Assembly: GCA_045863395.1 (NCBI GenBank)
Contig: BTVJ01000013.1
Coordinates: 64,001-128,000, forward strand
Length of the DNA: 64,000 nucleotides
Reading direction: 5' to 3'
DNA from: Myxococcales bacterium
GTDB taxonomy: Bacteria; Myxococcota_A; UBA9042; JABWCM01; BTVJ01
Position 1 is the first letter of the stretch; every line of letters starts with the position of its first letter. Of this stretch, positions 61,885 through 64,000 are shown one piece after another. A model generated the notes under the pieces. It made no database searches, was not told the DNA's origin, and saw only the letters and a program-made list of their open reading frames with translations. The position numbers and the translations under genes were made by a program.

Positions 61885-63630
61885 ATGAAGCGCAGCTCGG
61901 CATGGTCCCTGGCGGCTGCCCTCGTGGCAGCATGTAGCAGCGTCTCCCCCGCGGTCAAGGACGAGGACGCGGGCGCACACGGCGCTGCGGACACACCGTC
62001 CGTCACGCCCGACGCTCCAGGCGCAAGCGCATCCGACGCAGACACCCAAGGCGGGGATACGCCGGGGGCTGGCGCCGACGGGGGCGGCACGGAGCCGCCC
62101 CCCTGCGAAGCCCCGGGCGTCACCTCCCCCGCGTGGTATCACGAGGCCGTCGGCTACGAGATCTTCGTCCGCAGCTTCCAGGACAGCGACGGGGACGGCA
62201 TCGGCGACCTCGCCGGCCTGACGTCCCGCCTCGACTACCTCAACGACGGCGATCCGACCACGGACACGGACCTGGGCGTCACGCTCCTCTGGCTCATGCC
62301 CATCAACCAGAGCCCGTCCTACCACGGCTACGACGTCACCGACTACCGCGCCATCGAGGAGGACTACGGCTCCCTCGAGGACCTGGACGCCCTGCTCGCG
62401 GCGGCGCACCAGCGAGGCATCCGCGTGATCATGGACCTGGTGCTCAACCACAGCTCCAGCCAGCACCCGTGGTTCAAGGACGCCGCCGCGGGCCCCGGCG
62501 CCCCGCTTCGCGACCACTACGTGTGGAGCGAGGTGTTCCTCGACTGGGACCGCCCGTGGGGCCCGGGCCCCACCTGGGTGAAGGCCGGCGCCTCCTGGTA
62601 CTACGCCCTGTTCTGGGAGGGCATGCCCGACCTCAACTTCACGAGCGCCGCCGTCCGCGCCGAGATGACCGACGTCGCCCGCTTCTGGCTGTCCCGCGGC
62701 GTGGACGGCTTCCGCCTCGACGCCGCCCGCTACCTGGTGGAGACGGGCCCTGGCCCCGGCCAGGCGGACACGCCGGAGACCCACGCCTTCTGGCGGGACC
62801 TGCGGGCCATGATGGACAGCGAGGCCCCGGGCTCCATGACCGTGGGCGAGGTGTGGGAGCAGACCTCCGTGGTGGTGCCCTACTACGGCACGGCGGCCTC
62901 CCCCGAGCTGCACATGCTCTTCGACTTCGACGGCGCCTCGGGAGCGCTCCAGGCCGTCTCCCAGGGCAAGGAGGCCGCGCTCCGCACCCGCCTCTGCAAG
63001 CGCCTGCGGGAGTACCCGCCCGACGCGGCCGTCGGCACCTTCCTGACCAACCACGACCAGGCGCGGGTCGCGACCGAGCTCGGCGACGAGGCGTCCCTGC
63101 GCCTGGCCGCCGCGCTGCTGCTGGGCCTGCCAGGCACCCCCTGGCTCTACTACGGCGAGGAGATCGGCATGAAGAGCGGCCCCGGCGGCGGCGACGAGCC
63201 GAAGCGCCTGCCCATGCAGTGGGGCCCCGGCGGCTTCAGCACCGGCACGCCATGGAAGGCGCCGGCGTCCACGGAGGCGGCGGCGAGTGTCGCCGGCCAG
63301 ACCAATGACCCGGGGAGCCTCCTGTCCTGGTACCGGCGCCTGATCCGCGAGCGCCAGGCGCTGCCCGCGCTGTCTCGCGGGGCCACGAAGCACATCGGCG
63401 CGACCGGCTCCGTGGGCGCTCCCCTCGTCGTCCTGCGGTCCCACGGCGACCAGGCCGCCCTGCTGGTCTACAGCTTCGCTTCCGTCCCCCAGGTGATCAC
63501 GGTGGCACCCCCGCTCCCCGCCACCACCTTCACGGACCGACTGACCGGGGCCACTCTGAGCCGCGTGGACGCCTCCGCTCCGCTGGAGGTCTCCCTGCCG
63601 GCGCGGGGCTTCGCCCTCCTCGTGCCCTGA
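61885..63630 (+). CDS. GH13 alpha-amylase family lipoprotein
   Basis: AAGGAG RBS; lipobox 'VAAC'; 'FQDSDGDGIGDL.G', 'YHGYDV.DY', 'DLVLNH', catalytic 'DGFRLDA', 'GEVW', 'NHD', 'YYGEEIGM'. Confidence 0.93.
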   Translation: MKRSSAWSLAAALVAACSSVSPAVKDEDAGAHGAADTPSVTPDAPGASASDADTQGGDTPGAGADGGGTEPPPCEAPGVTSPAWYHEAVGYEIFVRSFQDSDGDGIGDLAGLTSRLDYLNDGDPTTDTDLGVTLLWLMPINQSPSYHGYDVTDYRAIEEDYGSLEDLDALLAAAHQRGIRVIMDLVLNHSSSQHPWFKDAAAGPGAPLRDHYVWSEVFLDWDRPWGPGPTWVKAGASWYYALFWEGMPDLNFTSAAVRAEMTDVARFWLSRGVDGFRLDAARYLVETGPGPGQADTPETHAFWRDLRAMMDSEAPGSMTVGEVWEQTSVVVPYYGTAASPELHMLFDFDGASGALQAVSQGKEAALRTRLCKRLREYPPDAAVGTFLTNHDQARVATELGDEASLRLAAALLLGLPGTPWLYYGEEIGMKSGPGGGDEPKRLPMQWGPGGFSTGTPWKAPASTEAAASVAGQTNDPGSLLSWYRRLIRERQALPALSRGATKHIGATGSVGAPLVVLRSHGDQAALLVYSFASVPQVITVAPPLPATTFTDRLTGATLSRVDASAPLEVSLPARGFALLVP

Positions 63631-63637
63631 AGCACGC

Positions 63638-64000
63638 TCACTTCGCGAGCTTCCACGACGTGATCTTGGAGGTCACGTTGTCCACCGCCCACAGGAGCCC
63701 ACCCGGCCCCGGAGCGACGCCCACCGGCGACACGAGCGTCCCTCCCCCCAGCTCCCGGGAGTGCTCCAGTGCCGGCGCCACCTCGGGCTCGCCGAAGGCG
63801 ACGGGCACCCCCTCGCACAGGGCCCCGCAGGCCATGCTGCACTCCTGGACACAGACGTCGTCCCAGCTCGCCTCGGGGTCATCCGCCGCGCAGCAGAAGG
63901 GGTCCATGGCGCAGACGCACTCCTGGCAGGCGCAGCCGTCGCACGTGACCGAGTCACGGGGCGCGCACCCTGCGCCGCCCTCCTCTCCCCCCGTGCACGC
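63638..64000 (-). CDS. Partial CDS (3' end): Cys-rich module followed by a beta-propeller-like blade
   Basis: Frame is open to the window edge: ACTGGEEGGAGCAPRDSVTCDGCACQECVCAMDPFCC...WDDVCVQEC..., then 'SPVGVAPGPGGLLWAVDN'. Confidence 0.7.
   Translation of the reverse strand, partial: ACTGGEEGGAGCAPRDSVTCDGCACQECVCAMDPFCCAADDPEASWDDVCVQECSMACGALCEGVPVAFGEPEVAPALEHSRELGGGTLVSPVGVAPGPGGLLWAVDNVTSKITSWKLAK

Overview
Very GC-rich, gene-dense bacterial DNA. The gene content suggests Myxococcota or a related deltaproteobacterial lineage (inference): an FHA-sigma54 activator, a Hanks kinase, an AgmX/PglI-type domain, Cys-rich repeat lipoproteins, and many lipoproteins with Asp/Ala/Gly-rich tethers. 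I see about 41 protein-coding genes and no rRNA, tRNA, CRISPR array, transposase or integrase. From left to right: hrcA-grpE (without dnaK/dnaJ); envelope and secreted hydrolases (DUF1287, SMP-30, MepA, Kelch, Slt70-like); an ABC ATPase plus permease-CPBP protease operon ending in a protein with a C-terminal type IV pilin-like helix; a frameshifted FHA-sigma54 activator; TonB/TPR/GT-C genes; a 1418-aa lipoprotein built from a duplicated ~480-aa unit; and Uma2 and YARHG genes. The most distinctive element is a compact 8-kb, seven-gene cluster (29779-37736) of four ATP-grasp ligases, two esterase-family alpha/beta hydrolases and an S51 (dipeptidase E/cyanophycinase-like) peptidase. It looks like an uncharacterised amide-bond synthesis and turnover system. 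Further right: a Ser/Thr kinase with a P-loop-less STAND-like tail preceded by a coupled 25-aa ORF, an amidase, large secreted Gly-rich and Cys-rich proteins, GH1 and GH13 lipoproteins, M1 and M20 peptidases, a membrane dihaem cytochrome c and a hybrid histidine kinase. All calls come from motif recognition by eye; no searches were run.
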